DNA from: Octopus sinensis
Taxonomy: Eukaryota
Assembly (NCBI RefSeq): GCF_006345805.1
Contig: NC_043007.1
Coordinates: 71,114,001 to 71,178,000 of the forward strand
Reading direction: 5' to 3'
DNA: 64,000 bases
Shown: positions 13,302 to 26,696 of the stretch, in pieces
Layout of the letters: each line of letters begins with the position of its first letter
Numbering within the stretch: position 1 is the stretch's first letter
The notes under the pieces: generated by a model
The model's input: the letters and a program-made list of their open reading frames with translations, nothing else
Told to the model about the DNA's origin: nothing
The model's database searches: none
Program-made: the position numbers and the translations under genes

Positions 13302-13310
<9 letters not shown>
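12520..13310. mobile_element. Cluster of three SINE A pieces in alternating orientation (+ tail 12520-12752, - copy 12766-13130, + head 13185-13310)
   Basis: Tail-to-tail and head-to-head arrangement of family A sequences. Confidence 0.8.
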
Positions 13311-13335
<25 letters not shown>

Positions 13336-13399
13336 TATCTTTTGCATGTTGTTTATATTCTGAGCCTAACTGTTTTTGTGGCATTACAAATTCTTGAGT

Positions 13400-14080
13400 A
13401 AGTCTATGGCACCAAAGATACACAATTATGTCTATTAACTTCTTGTTTAACTTTTAAAGAATGACAAATCTTGGTTCATCTTTATCTTCTCCATTTTCTG
13501 TTATTTTTCTAAGGAAGGATTTCATTGTCATTTTTCGCCTGTTTTCATTGTTTTATGTAAAAGTTTTCTTTCCGTTATTTTTTCCTTGTTTTCCCTTCAT
13601 ATTTTCGTCTGCAAGTATTTTTTATTTATTACATAGTAATGGTGTAGTACTAAAGATTGATACTTTTAGGGAACAAGGTGTTTACTCATCTATTTGTAAG
13701 ACTTGGCCTGAAAAAATTTCCTTTGCTATCCCCTGAGGTTTGACTGGTGTTGCTCTGGAAAGTGGAGTTCATTGTTCTCTTTCTTATTGGTTTTGGTTGT
13801 TATTTTTGTTCTCATTGTTTTTGCATAATCTTTCTTCAGGTCCTTCAGCTTTAAAACGTGTTTTACTCCAACAAATATAACATCTAGGCTTTCCACCTTC
13901 TACTGGGCACTGTTCCAGTATGGCTTTGTGAATTTGGGGTCATTTGAACTTGCAAAGTAGCTAGATTCTTTTTGTTGTTGTTGAGTCTGATCTTTGTGAA
14001 CAGTTTTTATGACAGAAGCAGCTGATCAAACAACATAATTCAGTTGATGTTTCAAGGTGCACTCATTCGTCTGTACACTA
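13400..14080 (-). pseudogene. Possible decayed LINE ORF1 with zinc knuckle
   Basis: Minus-strand peptide near 13840-13925, PVEGGKPRCYICWSKTRFKAEGPEE, has C-x2-C-x4-(R for H)-x4-(G for C) spacing within A-rich coding-like sequence. Confidence 0.4.
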
Positions 14081-14704
14081 TAAATAATACATAGGTGTTA
14101 AAAGGTGAGTTTTCTCATTTTAAAGGTGTTACAGAGTTTGTTGTGGGGTGAGAGCAGACTGTTACATTAAACAGAATAAAAAACTTTATAGTCATTACCT
14201 TGGCCTTGCAACTTAAATATTTCATACGAAGCAGTCCACATGATTATTTATGAGGACAAACAGCTGCTATTTGATTGAAAGAAGAAATATTTAATATATA
14301 ATTACTTTCTTTGTTATAGTAAAACAGATGGTGAGAAGAATCTCTGAAACTGTTCTATGCTTGATAGATTCAGTTATTTACTATGTTCCAATACTGATAT
14401 ACTTGAGTGATGTAAAATATTGATTAATATATTTTTGTCAGGTACTAGTTACACACTGATAAATATCTGTGATGCTCGGACCAACCAATATAGTTTTTTT
14501 TTTTTAAATATGTTGTCAAGAATTATATATATATATATATGTGTGGTATTCCGAGCTATTTTTGTGATATATTCATTAGATGATATATTTTGTGATGGTT
14601 TTGTATTTCTTGTGATAAAACATTTTTTTTTTATATCATGGCATATGTCGTCATAATTACTGGATTTCTGTAATGCATTGCTGTAATATCTTGTGTTTAT
14701 ACTA

Positions 14705-14750
14705 TTTTAGACTATACATAGATACATAGATGCATACATACATACATACA

Positions 14751-14784
<34 letters not shown>

Positions 14785-14950
14785 CATACATACATACATA
14801 CATACATACATACATACATACATACATACATACATACATACATACATACATACATACATACATACATACATACATACATACATAAATACATACATACATA
14901 CATACATACATACATACATACATACATACAGACATACACACATACCTACA
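14705..14950. repeat. (TACA)n tetranucleotide microsatellite, about 60 units
   Basis: Direct inspection. It is the source of the MYVC ORFs. Confidence 0.95.
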
Positions 14951-15499
14951 TACATTCTGTGTTGATTGGTTTCTGTGATATAAGTTTGTTATTCTTTAAC
15001 TGATGTCAATCACTGGACTGCAGCCATGCTGGAGCACTGTCTTTGAGGATTTTAGTCAATTACATCAACCTCTCCACTATGACTTAACCCAGTGTGATAT
15101 TTATTTTGACCATCTCTGTTTATTGAACAGCTAAGTTATCTTCTGAGATAAAGGATGAAAATCAGGAACGGTAGATACAAATACAGAGGTATACAAACAT
15201 ACATTCATTTACACACATGTTTGCATGTGTATGTATACATAATAGACTTCTTCATGGTTTCCATTGTCCAATCTCCATGCACAAAGCAGATGCCAATACT
15301 GATATATATTTTTAATTATTTAGTATAAGAGGAACTACCAGTGTCCATAACCATTTCTGGCATCCTAAGAATGGTTAAGTCTATGCAGTGGATGTTCTCT
15401 AGATTGATTGGAGGTGGCATTTTTGGGTAGAATATATAAATTTATCTTTTGGCATTCAAACTGCTTCTGTTGCTATTAAGAATTTTTTAATAAACCCAC

Positions 15500-15812
15500 T
15501 TCTGAAGGCACCGGGCTCACAATCATGAGGTAGTCCAATCTGTTTGATTCCCGGATTGGACTGTGTGTTGTGTTCTTGAGCAAGACACTTCATTTCATGT
15601 TGCTCCAGTTCCCTCAGCTGTAGAAATGAGTTGCGACGTCACTGGTGCCAAGCTGTATTGGCATTTGCTATTCCCTTGGATAATGTCAATTGTGTGGGTG
15701 ACTGCTGGTCTTCCATAAACAACCTTGCCTGGGCTTGTGCCTCAGAGAGGAACTTTCTTGGTGCAATCTCATGGTCAGTTATGATCAAAGGGGGTCTTTA
15801 CCCTTTTAAATA
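15500..15812 (+). mobile_element. tRNA-headed SINE with CORE-like domain
   Basis: ttcttgagcaagacacttcatttcatgttgctccagttccctcagctgtagaaatgag resembles the CORE consensus. Its tail is shared with 38445-38645. Confidence 0.65.
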
Positions 15813-16299
15813 AACCCACTGGCTATTTGTGACATCAGTTCTGGAATAGATCTTTCATTTTATATTGTTATCTTTTACTTGTTTCAGTCATTATACTGGG
15901 CAATGTGAGATAAAGTGTCTTGCTCAAGTACCTGATGCCCTGCCAGGAATCAAACTCAAGACCTTATAATTGTCAGCTGAATACCCTTACCACTAAGCCA
16001 CATGACTTCTGGAAATTTATTTATAGTTTGCACTCTAACCTCCTGCTCTCTTCAGCTTACCCTTTAAATAGAGGGACTGGTTCATGTGACATCAAAGTGG
16101 GCCTGTGTGACACATATTGTGGTCTGTTCCCTATGATTCAGCTCCCACCCTTTGGTTGTTATTCTTGACTAAATAGCTGAGTGCCTTTTTTTTTTGTTTG
16201 TGTTCAAAGATATTTGTATGTGTCTGTGAGTAGTGTCAACTGAGACATGTGAGTAGTAATACCTTTATGTGATGGACTATATTGTTCTAGAAAAGTACA

Positions 16300-16850
16300 T
16301 TAACCCCTTTAGCATTTAAGCAGGCCATATCTGGACAAAATATTCCATCCATTTTATATTCAAACTGGTCAGATCTGGCCTCTTGTACTAACCCTACAAT
16401 ATCATTCTAAAAATTAACATTTACCTCATCGAAACCTCAAAGCTACAAGATAGCGCATGATTAATTCAAAATTATCTGAATAAATAAGCATTACTTTTGA
16501 CAGAATAATCTCTATATCTATAAATGGCAAAATGTCAGTGTGTCTGTGTGTCCTTTATACAAATCCACAGTTTTTCATGTAAAAGGCTCACATTTTTATG
16601 GGCTTTCAAAACTGCCTGAGGGTGGTCGTGAAGATCTTTTCATTTCCCCAGTCACCCCAGAAAGCCATTTAAAGAATCGATAAACCGACCCCTTATGCCC
16701 ATAACTTATGGGCATATCCATTCAAAATCACTAAAACATAGAAATTTGTATGCGGTGTGTGCGTACAGTTAGATACGCCAATAGACTGCTGACTAGCACT
16801 AGACCTGGCAACGCCGGGTCATAGTGCAAGTATGAATGCTAAAGGATTAA
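16300..16850 (+). mobile_element. piggyBac-like MITE (TTAA-CCC...GG-TTAA) containing a nested Helitron
   Basis: ttaacccctttagcatt at the left end and aatgctaaaggattaa at the right end. Body is shared with 20748-20970, 28973-29198, 37988-38736 and 58033-58564. Confidence 0.75.
16509..16830 (+). mobile_element. Non-autonomous Helitron nested in the MITE
   Basis: Starts A|TCTCTATATC. Ends with hairpin CCTGGC-AAC-GCCGGG (16804-16818) and then CAAG|T (CTAG with one change). No TSD. Confidence 0.7.
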
Positions 16851-17084
16851 ATTAGAATTAACCCATTTTTTATAACTGTTGCAATAGCTATTTCCTTTTC
16901 ACTCCACCATATGAATTTCCATGAAATGCTCTTGTATTTTTATGGTGCATCATAGATCAGGAAGCATGTTCGTGTTTACAGGGCAAGTTGGGTAATTTCC
17001 TCTTATACTGCTAAGGAGAATTGCAAAATCCTTTTATCCTTTTCCCATAAAGAAAACGAGGATGTTGTTCCTATCTTTTATTTA

Positions 17085-17460
17085 TTTTTTACTTCTTTCA
17101 GTCATTAGATTGTGGCTATGCTGGGGTACTGCTTTGAAGAATTTTTTGTTGAATGAATTGATCCCAGTACTTATTTTTGTTTAAAACCCAGTAAATATTC
17201 TTTCAGACACTTTTGCCAAACTGCTAAGTTACAGGAACATAAACACACCAACACTGGTTGTCAAGCGGTGGTGGGGGTACAAACACAGCAAGTACAAATA
17301 CAAAGGCAAACACACACACACACACACACACACATGACAGGCTTCTTTCATAAAGGCTATAGTAAGTAGAAGACACTTGCCTGAAGTGTCACACAATGGG
17401 ATGACCAAAAACCATGTTGTTGTGGAGTAAGCTTCTTACCACACAGCCATGCCTGTGCTT
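17085..17460 (-). mobile_element. SINE family A copy, decayed
   Basis: Homology to 2802-3208. Confidence 0.75.
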
Positions 17461-17910
17461 AGTCAATAATAAACCTACATTGATACAATTATGTGATATG
17501 AGGACAATATTGATATAGTTTCACATTAAATTCTTCAACTGAGATATTTGGTGTAGGAAAAAAATTAACATAAATCTGAAATAATATCTAAAGTGGATTT
17601 ATTGAACAAGATAATCTCTGCATATATAAAATAAAATTTGTAGTTGATTGAGCATCATCTGATAAGATAATGGATTATTTAAGAGGAGATGTGGCTTGAG
17701 TTAGTGCTCAACCACAAGATAGGGTACAGAATGTTCTCTCTGGTGCATAGGTATTATTACAGTGAAGCTTGTGACTTGAGGTTATCATTCACCTTTTAGT
17801 ATCTAAGCAAGGTGTTCTCAACCATCTTTTGCCTCACATTGGAAGCGTACTGGACCCATAACCCAAAGGTCCATAGATCGAAACTACACTCTGCTAAAGT
17901 ACCTTTTAAT

Positions 17911-18300
17911 GGTGCAGGAGCGGCTGTGTAGTAAGTTGCTTACTTACCAACCACATGGTTCCGGGTTCAGTCCCACTGCGTGCCACATTGGGCAAGTGTC
18001 TTCTACTATAGCCTCGGGCCGACCAAAGTCTTGTGAGTGGATTTGGTAGACGGAAACTGAAAGAAGCCCGTTGTATATATGTATATATATATATGTGTGT
18101 GTGAGTATATGTTTGTGTGTCTGTGTTTGTCTACCCATGCTGGTGTGTTTGCGTCCCCGTAACATAGCGGCTCGGCAAAAGCGACCGATAGAATAAGTAC
18201 TAGGCTTACAAAGAATAAGTCCTGGGATCGATGTGCTTGACTAAAGGTGGTGCTCCAGCATGGCCACAGTCTAATGACTGAAACAAGTAAAAAAAAAAAA
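17911..18300 (+). mobile_element. SINE family A copy, young
   Basis: Near-consensus head, body and tail. Confidence 0.9.
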
Positions 18301-18444
18301 GGGACCCCTTTGATTCATATTTTACTCTTTCGCCCTTCCCCCATGTTAAAAAAAATCCTTTTATATTTTTATGAATAAATATTAGGAACTGCATAAAAAA
18401 AATTTGTCAAACTATTTTGTGCAGTGTAGAAGTATGAACCAATA

Positions 18445-18665
18445 TATTGGTTTCAAATTATGGCACAAGGCCAGCAATTTTTGGGGAGCGGGTAAGTCAG
18501 TTACATCAACCCCAGTGTTCGGCTGATACATATTTTATCAACCTCAAAAGGATGAAAGGCAAAGTTGACCTTGATGGAATTTGAACTAAGGACGTTAATT
18601 TGAAAGAAATGCCGCTCAGCATTTTTTTCAGCATGGTAACAATACTTTCAGCTCGCTGCCTTAGT
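18445..18665 (-). mobile_element. SINE family B copy
   Basis: Reverse complement of the family B core. Other minus copies lie at about 22290-22425, 23990-24200, 24770-24925, 26450-26670, 27340-27550 and 37735-37950. Confidence 0.75.
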
Positions 18666-18797
18666 TGTATAACCAATTTATTGCTCGTAAATTCCAACAA
18701 GAAATCTTATCTGGATTCCCAAAGATCACATGAACCCTGGTTGAGAACCACTATAATTTTCAAAGCTTATTCCTTCAAATGTGTTTTGCCTTCTTTA

Positions 18798-19146
18798 TCA
18801 TCATCATGATCATCCGCTTTCCATGCTAGCATGGGTTGGACGATTTGATTGAGGTTTGGCGAACCAGATGGCTGCACCAGGCTCCAATCTGATCTGGAAG
18901 AGTTTCTACAGCTGGACGCCCAACCACTCCGAGAGTATATTGTGTGCTTTTACATGCCACCAGCACGAGGGCCAGTCAGGCGGTACTAGCAATGGCCACG
19001 TTCACATGGTGCTTTTTATGTGCCACCTGCACAGGAGCCAGCCCAGTGGCACTGACAACGACCTCGCTCAAATGTTTTTTCACGTGCCACCAGCACAAGT
19101 GCCAGTAAGGCGACACAGGTAACGATCACACTCAAATGGTGCCTAA
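18798..19146 (-). mobile_element. (GAT)n-tailed modular element, family D
   Basis: Reverse complement of ggtggca..taaaa.gcacc modules plus aggaagggcatccagctgtagaaac...ccaacccatgctagcatggaaagcggacgttaaa(tga)n. Other copies: 19578-19740(+), 22705-22995(+), 25165-25422(+), 29570-29950(-), 47915-48205(-), 55240-55345(+), 63020-63195(+), 63255-63472(-). Confidence 0.85.
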
Positions 19147-19432
19147 GTGTGTGTTAAGTGACAGAAGTTATAGTATGTAAATAGGATTTCTAGTAACTGC
19201 TTATTTCTGTGTTGTGGTGACATGTTAAATGACTTCAGTGATATAGTTATAATACTGACATGTGTGTGTGAGTGTGTGTGTATGTGTGTGTGTGTACACA
19301 TGCATGCTTGTACATATCTTTCTTTTATTCTTTTACTAGTTTCAGTCATTTGCTTGCGGCCATGCTGGAGCATGCACACACATCTATATATGTATATATA
19401 CATTTATATGCTCGCACGCACCTACACACACA

Positions 19433-19488
<56 letters not shown>

Positions 19489-19505
19489 CATACATATATA
19501 TATAC

Positions 19506-19582
<77 letters not shown>

Positions 19583-20226
19583 CATTAGGAAGGGCATCCA
19601 GCTGTAGAAACTCTGCCAGATCAGATTGAGGCCTGGTGCAGCCATCTAGTTCGCTAGTCCTCAGTCAAATCCTCCAACCCATGCCAGCATGGAAAGCAGA
19701 CGTTAAACAGTGATGATGATGTTATATATATGATGATGATGATATATATATCCGATAGCCGGATAACTGAAGAGATGGTGGCATGGATTTCTGCCCCGAC
19801 ATCCTAAACTCAGAGTTTTATCATGGCTACCAAATAATTGTCACATATTACATTTACAGATAAATTCCTCTATTTACATAATATCGAAGTCTCTTTCATT
19901 CTTTTGTTGTCATACTATTTCTATCAATATATATATATATATATGTTGATATGATATATTTTCACTATGTGATCATTAGTACTGAGGTAGTAAACACAGA
20001 CATCTAACCCAACATCAAAGTTTAAGATGCTTCAAAAGAAAAATTAAATGTAAGATATTTTTCTGGTAAGTCAATTGTCAGTTGTAGACTAAGAATTTAT
20101 TTCAAAGATTTTGGTAAAGAAAAAGATATTCATACTTACCAGAATTCATGCCACATTGATTATGCTCTTACTGTAGTTTTTCTTCCATCCAATCCTACAT
20201 TAAAAATTTTTTCCCATAAATTGCAG

Positions 20227-20384
20227 GCTCATGTACGGAAAATTATTGCTCAAAGATTTGCTAATAATTTGCGAGAACAAAAACGACTTGAAGAAGAACG
20301 AATTAGGCATGAACTGCTTGAACAGGAACGTCTGGAAAGAGAACAAGAAGCTGCTGATGAAGAACTTATTGAAGAATCATTACG
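20227..20384 (+). CDS. Internal coding exon of a probable unconventional myosin (end of IQ motif plus E/R-rich SAH/coiled segment)
   Basis: Acceptor ttttttcccataaattgcag and donor CG|gtgagt. The 158-nt exon is open in frame 0: AHVRKIIAQRFANNLREQKRLEEERIRHELLEQERLEREQEAADEELIEESL(R). (Q)AHVRKIIAQR fits the tail of an IQxxxRGxxxR motif. The ORF track shows a different frame here. Confidence 0.85.
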
Positions 20385-20747
20385 GTGAGTTGGCAACTCA
20401 AAACTTTTGGATTTTTCTTCTTGATCTAAGATCTCTATAATTTGTCAAGACACATAAAGAAAGAAATGAGTTAAAGTAGTTTAGCTTTTATTTCTTTAAT
20501 TTTGATTTTGATCTCTAATAATGATCAGTTGAATGTATTTATAAGAACAGTTTGTAGCTCGTTGAATATTGTCATATGTTTCACTAAGAAAAAGTTATCT
20601 TCTAGTTTAGGCAGGCTGATTAGGGAAACACATAACCTGCATTTATTTACATACTTATTTTATGTGAGCTATCAAAGGAGCCTCTCTGCAGTCACTTGGC
20701 CTGCTAGAAATAGCAGCCAAATTCCCTTCAATCACATGCTGTAGGTT

Positions 20748-20970
20748 TTAACCCTTCAGCATTCAGATTACTCCATAAAATGTAATGTGTACATGTTATT
20801 TTGAATTACTTGTTTATTGTCTAGTAGATTTGAAATTTCAGTGATGTTACTCTTTACTTTTGGAATGACATTGGAGGGTAAGTGTAAGAGGCCTGATCTG
20901 GCTGGTGTGAACATAAAACAGGAACACAATTTGGGTTAGCTATGGCTGGTTTAAATGCTGCAGGTTTGAA
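20748..20970 (-). mobile_element. piggyBac-like MITE copy in reverse orientation
   Basis: ttaacccttcagcattcagatt at the left end. Body is the reverse complement of the 28973-29198 copy. Confidence 0.6.
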
Positions 20971-21280
20971 AAAGAATGTATTGACCAATGCAATCTTAGA
21001 TATACAACTAACAGGATTGTCATAACTGGAATACCTATGGAGTAAACTACATCTATATCCTCTACTACCTGATAATAGGGTCCATAATAAATAGGGTTTC
21101 TGGTGGAATCAGGAATTGAACTCATGACCTTATGAGTGTAAGCTGTATACCCTAAATACTAAGCCATGCACCTTCATCAACCTATTCTTTACTTTAAGGA
21201 TTAATACCTGAAGAATTTAGTGTTGCCTTCTGTGATGTTGGTTAACTTCAGTGAGTTAGAATTATGCTGGAGTTAATTTT

Positions 21281-21506
21281 ATCTTTTACTTGTTATAGTT
21301 ATTAGACTGTGGCCATGCTGGGGCACCACCTTGAAGAATTTTTAGTTGAATGAATTGGCCCTGGTACTTACAATTTAAACCTAGTATTTATTCTGTTGAT
21401 CTCTTTTGCTGAATTGATTAGTTATGGATGTAAACACACTGACACCAGTTATCAAGCAGTACTGGGGGACAAACACACATGCACACACATGCATACACAC
21501 ACTCGT

Positions 21507-21543
<37 letters not shown>

Positions 21544-21705
21544 TACAATGGGCTTCTTTCCATTCTGTCTACCAAATCCATGCATTAGGCTTTGATTAGC
21601 TCGAGGCTATAGAAGATAGTTGCTCAAGGTGCCATGCAGTGGGACTGAACTTGGAACCATATGGTTGGGAAGCAAGTTTCTTATCACACAGCTCTGCCTG
21701 TGCCC
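21281..21705 (-). mobile_element. SINE family A copy
   Basis: Homology to 2802-3208. Confidence 0.8.
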
Positions 21706-24229
21706 ATTCTTATTCTTTCAGTAAAACTGCTTTATTTTTTTCTGCCACCCTCATCAAATATCATCCTCATAAAATCTGAAATAAAAAAAAAATATGGTGT
21801 TGCTATTATCTAAGTTTGATCTTCTCTATCGTTCACACATCGCACTAAACAAACCTGGGAAAACATTAAAGCCACAATTTCTCACTTGCTTTGCATGTAA
21901 TATATTCCCCTCATCTCTTTTTGTTTCTGCAACCTCCTTCTATCTTCTCTATTTTCTTTTGTTATAGTCTTTGTCACTTCTGCTCTGCTCCTATAAATGC
22001 ATCATAAATTGCCCTGATAATCAATGTGTAATATTTGAACTGCCATAATAATCAATAACTAAAAGACACTCATCTCTACCCATTTTGCTCTGCCAATTAC
22101 AAACGAGAATGACTTGACTGGATTTATCTGATCCAAATGAATCATTTGATAAACAGTTGACAAAATGCATCATAGTCCTCATGTTTTATACTTCTTTGCC
22201 CCAACTTGTAAACCATGAATCCTACTTCTCATCATCATTTAACATCCATGTTCCATACTGGCATCAGTTAGATCCATGAATACACAACATATTGGTTTCA
22301 AATTTTAGCACAAGGTCAGCAATTTTGTGGGGGTGAAGTTAAGTGCTTAACTGTTACTTATTTTATCAACCCTGAAAGTATGTAAAGCAAGTTGACCTCA
22401 ACAGAATTTGAACTCTGAACATAATACCCACACACATATGTATGTGTGTCTCCATGTGTATTCCTCCCTTGATATAATGTAATGGTTGTACACAAGCATC
22501 ACTATTGTACATGCAATGTTGTTTGTTTCTAGTCTTGCATGGAAAACAAGTCAGGGCACAGGGAACTATTTCCTAGCTTGGAAACATGTGAAAATTGGAA
22601 AAGCATCCAGCCATAGAAAATAAATTCTAGAGAAATGGTTTGCTGTTACCGCTACAGTTATGTGGCATTATTCTGAGCTCAATGGTGGAAGTCAACATAA
22701 ATCATTGATTGGCCGTTGCCAGCCTCATCTGGACCCCATGCCGGTGGCACGTAAATAGCACCATCCGATCGTGGCCGTTTGCCAGCCTCGTCTGGCACCT
22801 GTGCAGGTGGCACGTAAAAAGCACCTACTACACTCACGGAGTTGTTGGCATTAGGAAGGGCATCCAGCCGTAGAAACACTGCCAGATCAGACTGGGCCTG
22901 GCACAGCCTTCTGGCTTCCCAGACCCCAGTTGAACCCTCCAACCCATGCTAGCATGGAAAACGGACGTTAAACGACAATGATGATGATGATGATGTGGCT
23001 ACATGATAAGAAGTTTGTTCCCTAAGTACATGGTTTGGGGTTTAGTTCCATTGCATGGAATCTGGACAAATGTCTTCTACTATCGCTGCGGGTCAACCAA
23101 AGCCTTGAAAACTGAAAGAAACCCATTGAATATGTGTCTGTTCCCCCACAATGACTTGACAACCAGTGTTGGTTTGTTTACGTTTCGGTAACTGAGCGGT
23201 TCAGAAAAAAAAGACTGTTAAAATAAGTACCAGAGTTTTTAAAAGAAACAGGTACTGAAGTCGAGTTATTCGACTAAACTCATTCATGGAAAGCATGGAA
23301 AGATGGACGTTAAATGATGAAGATGATGACACACACTCTACATATACACATACTATATGTGTGTGTGTGTGTGTCTATAAATATAAATCTATATACATAC
23401 ACACACTGTCCACATGACTCCATTCTCTCAGTCACAGCCCCAGAGCCCTTCAGAGTGTATACTGGAGTTCTGTGTCTACTCTTATGAAGTACCCCAGTGT
23501 GATGGTGTTTCTGTCCCACTGTTAGGGATCAATAATTTACAGTCAAGGAATTGCAAGCCTTCATTACTTTAAGCTACTTAATGAACTTATTGCAATGAGC
23601 CACCAGTAAAATCTCATTATATCTCATTATCAGCTTAGTGAGCAGTGAATTAACCTGGGTACATTTGTTGCCATAGTCACCAATATAGAGTAACAGCACG
23701 TGTGTGTGTGTATGTATGTGTGTGTGTGAGAGAGAGAGAGAGAGGTAGTGAGTGTGGTGGGAAGTGTTTTCAGTGACAGTAATAGAAATACAGAAATTCA
23801 ATTATAAATTTATAGATTTATTATTGACCAAAACAAATTGGATATTATTTTTTTTTTTTTGTTTTTGTTTGGTGGCAGTGATTGTAAATGTTGGTGGGGG
23901 TGGTCATAAAAGCCGTTAGATTTATGAATTGAGACATAGTAGCAACAGAAGCAGTAATAGCAATATTAGAAATAATATTATTAATGGCATTTTCAAACTT
24001 TCGCACAAGGCCAGCAATTTCGAGCGAAGGGGCAAGTCAGTTACATCAATCCCAGTCCTCAGTTGGTACTTATTTCACTGGCCCCGAATGGAGGAATGTC
24101 AAAGTTGACCCTGGTGGAATTTGAGCACAACACATAATGACAGATAAAATGTTGTTAAGCATTTTGCCTGACATGCTAATGACTACGCTTGCACACTACC
24201 TTGTTGTTGTTGTTGTTGATGATGATGAC

Positions 24230-24742
24230 TGCAACAACTGCTCAATACCACAGATTTGCTTTGTTTTGTCTTGGTGTAAAAGATGGGCTACAGCAAATAT
24301 TCTGCTCAATACGACAGATTTGCTTGTCAGTTGTTTGACCATTACCAGTTGAGCCTGTCGCTTGGTAGCTGACAATATGTGCATCTCTGATTATGAGCAG
24401 AAGTAGTAAGGGATTATCATAGCCGTGTGTTGAAAGGAATTCTTAGAGGCTTGGATAATTCATCGTTTGAAACATGGATAATTTGTTCAACATCCTTAAA
24501 CAACCCTTATTCAGGGACCTTTTGAACGGGATGGGCTACTCAACCAGAAGAAAATTCTAACTGGGCCCCACTTGCAAGGTCATGCGCTGTTTATCTTGAT
24601 ATGAGATCACCATGTCGTGCACATATGGTTGTGATGCATGTGCCTGGTGTACCCATATCAGACAGGTAGTCATGATGGGTATACTGGGCTTCGTATATTT
24701 TACCCCAGTGTCACTTTGATGGCGTGCACTGCTCTCTCACTC
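24230..24742 (-). mobile_element. ~500-bp dispersed element abutting (TAA)n, family E (copy 1)
   Basis: Reverse complement aligns with 47396-47865 (gagtgag.gagcagtgca..cc..aaagtgacactgg...catgaccttgca...gaataagggttg...gatcagagatgcacatat...cccatcttttacaccaagacaa). Confidence 0.75.
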
Positions 24743-25865
24743 AATAATAATAATAATAATAATAATAATAAAGGTTTCTAATTTTGGCACAAGGCCAGCA
24801 ATTTTAAGGTAGCTGGTAAGTTAATGCATCAACTCTAGTGATCAGATGCTACTTATTTTATAGACCCTGAAACGATGAAAGGCAAAGTCGACCTCGGTGG
24901 CATTTGAACACAGAATGTAAAGAGTAATAATAATATTGTAGTCATGATAGAAAGATTTTCCCTGACTTAAGAAAAACATGAAGCAGTGTCTCCTCTTCTC
25001 AACAACATACATTCAAGTGCCACCAATGATTCTTGTGTGAAACCACTTTTAAAATTTCAGTAATGACAGAAACTATTATTGACAACTCCCTCCTCTTTGC
25101 AGTGTCACTAAGTACCAGAATAGTTCGTATAGAACCAAGTCTAACAGGCATTTAGATTTTCTACATTGCTGGTGGCACATAAACTGCACCATCCGAATGT
25201 GGTTGATGCCAGCGCCGCCTTGACTGGCTTCCGTGCTGGTGGCATGTAAAAAGCACCCACTATACTCACAGTGTGGTTGGCGTTATGAAGGGCATCCAGC
25301 TGTAGAAACACTGCCCAATCAGACTGGAGGCTGGTGCAGCCTCCTCGCTTCCCAGACCCCAGTCGAACCGTCCAACCCATGCTAGCATGGAAAACGGACG
25401 TTAAACGATGATGATGATGATGAATGGTGATCTTTCATCCCAGTGAATTTCGGAAAAATAAAAGTTGTTATCATTAATGATGTTACTGTGTTACTTGCCT
25501 ATTGGCTGCACATGGCCAAGTTGCCTGCCTATTGGCTGCACTTGGCTGAGTTGTCTAACCATTGACTCCATCAGGCTATCATCTATTCAATAAGAATTTA
25601 TCTGTCAAATTATTTTATCCCAACATGTACAGCAATGGCCCACTCTCCCCAATCCTTATTCTGTTACCAACATGACTGAGCGGAAGGAATGTCTTCCATG
25701 CCAGTCACAAATATCACCTATATAATATAATGAGATGTGAAATGTCAAACTTTGATCAACTGAAATTATTCAAACAATTAGTAAACAAAACTCCCTTTCG
25801 AGACGTTTACAAACATTCAAGGGAGATAACTCTATAACATCATTTGATCAAAGATTTTTGGACAA

Positions 25866-26047
25866 AGCCTAGGAGTGGCTGTCTGGTAAGTAGCTTGCTT
25901 ACGAACCATATGGTTCCGGGTTCAGTCCCACTGTGTGGCACCTTGGGCAAGTGTCTTCTACTATAGCCTTGGCTGACCAAAGCCTTGTGAGTAGATTTGG
26001 TAGACGGAAAGTGAAAGAAGCCTGCCATATATATGTATATATATATA

Positions 26048-26100
<53 letters not shown>

Positions 26101-26315
26101 TGTGTGTATACGTTTGTGTGTCTGTGTTTGTCCCCCTAACATTGCTTGACAACCGATGCTGGTGTGTTTACGTCCCTGTAACCTAGTGGTTCAGCAAAAG
26201 AGACCAATAGAATAAGTACTAGGCTTACAAAGAATAAGTCCTAGGGTCGATTTGCTCGATTAAAGGCGGTGCCCCAGCATGGCCACAGTCAAATGACTGA
26301 AACAAGTAAAAGAGT
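25866..26315 (+). mobile_element. SINE family A copy with expanded (TG)n
   Basis: Near-consensus head, body and tail. Confidence 0.9.
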
Positions 26316-26696
26316 AATGTTGATAGTGGAGGTTAGAGAAGATCTGGTTTTTAAAACTAACGTGACCACCACACCAGATATGTTTCGGCCTTATTAGATC
26401 TCAGTGAAACATATTTTACTTAATTGGCAAAGTTAGGAGCGATCAATATTATTAGCTTCAAATTTTGACATAAAGGCCATTAAGTTTCAGGATAGAGAAT
26501 AAGTTGATTACATGAACCCCAGTGTTCAACTGGTACCTATTTCATAAACTCTGAAAGGATGAAAGGCAAAGTCAACCTTGGCGGAATTTAAACTCTGAAT
26601 GTAAAGATGGACGAAATGGCACTAAGCATTTTACCTGGTGTGCTAATAATTCTGCCAGATTGCCACCCTAAGTGTGATCAATATATTAATTGATTG

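Noticed and set aside
14702-14955. MYVC-repeat ORFs in three frames
   Set aside because: (TACA)n repeat.
20231-20440. ORF-track peptide MYGKLLLKDLL...
   Set aside because: Wrong frame. The real exon reads AHVRKIIAQR... and ends at the 20385 donor.
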